DNA from: Campylobacterota bacterium
GTDB taxonomy: Bacteria > Campylobacterota > Campylobacteria > Campylobacterales > Arcobacteraceae
Assembly (NCBI GenBank): GCA_034723215.1
Contig: JAYEOQ010000124.1
Coordinates: 1-41,888, forward strand
Length of the DNA: 41,888 nt
Direction of reading: 5' to 3'
Below the pieces are notes generated by a model. It was not told where the DNA came from. It did not search any database and was given only the letters and a program-made list of their open reading frames with translations. Shown piece after piece: positions 39,351 to 41,888 of the stretch (position 1 is the stretch's first letter; each line of letters starts with the position of its first letter). Position numbers and translations under genes: made by a program.

Positions 39351-40613
39351 TTATAAGCCTGTCGCACTAAGAGTATTATATTTATCATTGTATTGTTGTG
39401 CTTCAATTTTTCTCATTGTATCAATAGCAACTTGTACAACAATTAAAACAGCTGTTCCACCAAAGAAAAATGGTACACCCATAGCTTTAACTATAAGCCA
39501 AGGAACAGTAGCAACTAATCCTAAGTAAACAGAACCCCATAATGTTAATCTGCTAGCTGTATCATTTAAAAATTCAGATGTGCTTCCACCAGGTCTTACA
39601 CCAGGGATAAATCCACCTTGTTTTTTTAAGTTCTCAGCAATATCTTTTGCATTAAATGTAATTGATGCATAAAAATATGCAAAAAACACTACAAAAAGAA
39701 ATGTAAGTAGATTAAATGTATAACTATTTGGATTTAAATAATCAGAAAGGGCTATTAGTGTTTCATTTTGTGTCCCTTGTAAAATTGTTGCAGGGAACAT
39801 TAAAATAGCACTTGCAAAAATTACTGGAATAACACCACTAAGATTTACTTTAATAGGGATATAATTCATAATCTTTTTATTTTGATTTTGCATCATAACT
39901 TTTCTACTATATGAAACAGGAACTCTTCTTTCACCTAATTCAACATATATAATAGCACCAACTGTACCTAATATAACAACTAAAATAGCAATTATAGTTA
40001 AAAAACTCATTTGACCATTATTTACTAAATCAACTGAACCACCTATTGCACTTGGAATTGCAGAAACAATACCAGCAAAGATAATTAAAGAAATACCATT
40101 TCCAATACCTCTTTGAGTAATCTGTTCACCAATCCACATAAGCATCATAGTACCAGCAACCATAGATATTGTAGCAATAGCAACAAATGTATTCATATCA
40201 ATCATTATAGCACTTTGTCCAGCAGCACCTGTTAGAGAATTTAATCCCATAGAAACACCTATAGCTTGAATCAATGTTATAACAATAGTAGCATATCTGA
40301 TAATTTGCATATACTTTTGCATCCCATCTCTCTCTTTTTTCATTTTACCAAGAGTTGGAAAAGTAGCAGCTAGAAGCTCCATAATAATAGAAGCAGTAAT
40401 ATAAGGCATAATACCTAAAGAGATAATACTTAATCTTTCAACAGCATTACCACTGAACATATTAACTAAACCTAAAGCATTATTTGAATTTGTGTCGAAG
40501 AATTCTTTTACGACAGTTAAGTCGACCCCAGGTACTGGCACATATGCCAATACTCTGTATATTAAAATAAAACCTAATGTTATTAGAATCTTATTTAGTA
40601 AGTCTTTATTCAT
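39351..40613 (-). CDS. secY: Preprotein translocase SecY
   Basis: LGIMPYITASII, GIGNGISLIIF, GVIPVIFA, IPGVRPG, GGT..LIVV.V. Confidence 0.98.
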   Translation of the reverse strand: MNKDLLNKILITLGFILIYRVLAYVPVPGVDLTVVKEFFDTNSNNALGLVNMFSGNAVERLSIISLGIMPYITASIIMELLAATFPTLGKMKKERDGMQKYMQIIRYATIVITLIQAIGVSMGLNSLTGAAGQSAIMIDMNTFVAIATISMVAGTMMLMWIGEQITQRGIGNGISLIIFAGIVSAIPSAIGGSVDLVNNGQMSFLTIIAILVVILGTVGAIIYVELGERRVPVSYSRKVMMQNQNKKIMNYIPIKVNLSGVIPVIFASAILMFPATILQGTQNETLIALSDYLNPNSYTFNLLTFLFVVFFAYFYASITFNAKDIAENLKKQGGFIPGVRPGGSTSEFLNDTASRLTLWGSVYLGLVATVPWLIVKAMGVPFFFGGTAVLIVVQVAIDTMRKIEAQQYNDKYNTLSATGL

Positions 40614-40618
40614 GGTAA

Positions 40619-41020
40619 CTAGTTACCAGTTGTTGTTACATTTTCGTCTTTTATCTTAGAAACCATATCTTTTGCAGTTGAACCAATAAGTTTAACTTTT
40701 GTAATCTCTTTAGATAATTTATAAACTGATTTGATAGATTCCATTGTAATCTCTTCTAAGTTTGCAACTTTAACTACTTTATCAACATTGATAGAGTAAG
40801 GTTTAACAACTCTTGAGAAGAAACCAGTTTTTGGCATTCTTTTTTGGATTGGCATCTGCCCACCCTCAAATCCTCTTTTAATTTTGTAACCAGATCTTGA
40901 TTTTTGACCTTTGTTACCTCGAGTAGAAGTCTTACCCATTCCTGAACCTTGACCTCTTCCTACTCTTTTTGTATTTGTTGTACTACCAGCAGCTGGTTGT
41001 AAATCTTGTAAAATTGACAT
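40619..41020 (-). CDS. rplO: 50S ribosomal protein L15
   Basis: [28 protein letters not shown]. Confidence 0.97.
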   Translation of the reverse strand: MSILQDLQPAAGSTTNTKRVGRGQGSGMGKTSTRGNKGQKSRSGYKIKRGFEGGQMPIQKRMPKTGFFSRVVKPYSINVDKVVKVANLEEITMESIKSVYKLSKEITKVKLIGSTAKDMVSKIKDENVTTTGN

Positions 41021-41024
41021 ACTA

Positions 41025-41468
41025 TTATCCTTTAATCTTAGCTAATGCTTCAACAGTAGCTTGAACAAGGTTATTAGGATTGTTAGATCCTAATGACTTA
41101 GCAATAATATCTGTAATACCTGCAAGCTCTAGAACCGGTCTTGCAGCACCACCAGCAATAAGCCCTGTACCCTCGCTAGCTGGTTTAAGTAAAATTCTAC
41201 TTGCATTATATTTATATTCAATATCATGATTAATAGTTGAACCATTAAGCTTGATTTTTACTAAAGATTTAAATGCATCATCTAATGCTTTTTTAATAGC
41301 ATCTGGAACCTCTTTTGCTTTACCAACACCAAAACCTACAGTACCATTTTTATCACCAACAACTACTAAAGCAGTAAATCTAAATCTTCTACCACCCTTA
41401 GCAACTTTTGTAACTCTACCTATTTTAACAATAGCTTCTTCGAAATCATCTCTGTTAATTGCCATCAT
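41025..41468 (-). CDS. rpsE: 30S ribosomal protein S5
   Basis: [31 protein letters not shown]. Confidence 0.97.
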   Translation of the reverse strand: MMAINRDDFEEAIVKIGRVTKVAKGGRRFRFTALVVVGDKNGTVGFGVGKAKEVPDAIKKALDDAFKSLVKIKLNGSTINHDIEYKYNASRILLKPASEGTGLIAGGAARPVLELAGITDIIAKSLGSNNPNNLVQATVEALAKIKG

Positions 41469-41474
41469 TGCCCC

Positions 41475-41834
41475 TTAAAGTTTGATATCATTGTCTCTTA
41501 ATGCATCAGCAAAAGTTGCTACTACACCATGATACAAGTATCCATTTCTATCAAATACTACTGCTGCAATATCTTTAGATTTTAAAGTTTCAGCTAAAGT
41601 AGCTGCTACTTTTACTACATTTTCTTTATTAACAGATAATTTAAGTGCTCTACTATCAACTGCTGCAACTGTATTACCTGTTACATCATCAATAGCTTGT
41701 GCATAAAAATATTTGTTTGACTTGAAAATACTTAATCTAGGCATATTAGTAGTTCCACTAACATTACCTCTAACTCTTCTTTTTCTTCTTAATCTTAAAG
41801 CATTCTTTTTTGCTAGATCTTTTGCTCTACTCAT
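41475..41834 (-). CDS. rplR: 50S ribosomal protein L18
   Basis: PRLSIFKSNK..YAQ.IDD, VFDRNGYLYHG. Confidence 0.97.
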   Translation of the reverse strand: MSRAKDLAKKNALRLRRKRRVRGNVSGTTNMPRLSIFKSNKYFYAQAIDDVTGNTVAAVDSRALKLSVNKENVVKVAATLAETLKSKDIAAVVFDRNGYLYHGVVATFADALRDNDIKL

Positions 41835-41845
41835 ATTTTTATACC

Positions 41846-41888
41846 TTATTTCTTAGCTGTTTTACCGGCTTTTCTAACGATGTGCTCG
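41846..41888 (-). CDS. rplF: 50S ribosomal protein L6, 3' end (partial)
   Basis: Reverse strand reads EHIVRKAGKTAKK*; directly upstream of rplR. Confidence 0.9.
   Translation of the reverse strand, partial: EHIVRKAGKTAKK

Noticed and set aside
40613-41025. Absence of rpmD and adk from the spc operon
   Set aside because: Usual for Campylobacterota.

Overview
AT-rich chromosomal window, most likely Campylobacterota (Arcobacteraceae-like), judged from gene content and synteny (pyrH-rpoZ-spoT-tyrS-fabX-amiA; rplY-pth-lptF/G; rplF-rplR-rpsE-rplO-secY-map-infA without rpmD/adk). It is mostly housekeeping genes, plus tRNA-Ser(GCT), an oxidative-stress cluster (peroxiredoxin, di-heme cytochrome c peroxidase, PerR/Fur) and a chemoreceptor/hybrid-kinase pair. 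I saw no CRISPR array, integrase or transposase. Best leads: (1) a 76-aa HTH/coiled-coil gene whose TTGACA-N17-TACACT promoter region holds two palindromic operators (TGTTCCA-N5-TGGAACA) 42 bp apart, divergent from an atypical, apparently leaderless family-4 uracil-DNA glycosylase; (2) a ferredoxin:thioredoxin reductase-rhodanese fusion; (3) a secreted triple SPOR-like plus TPR protein convergent with amiA; (4) a PIN-toxin tail frameshifted in an A9 tract, followed by a CitE-like gene remnant; (5) a hybrid kinase whose receiver lacks the phospho-acceptor Asp; (6) four candidate leaderless genes. All calls come from reading motifs by eye; no searches were run.
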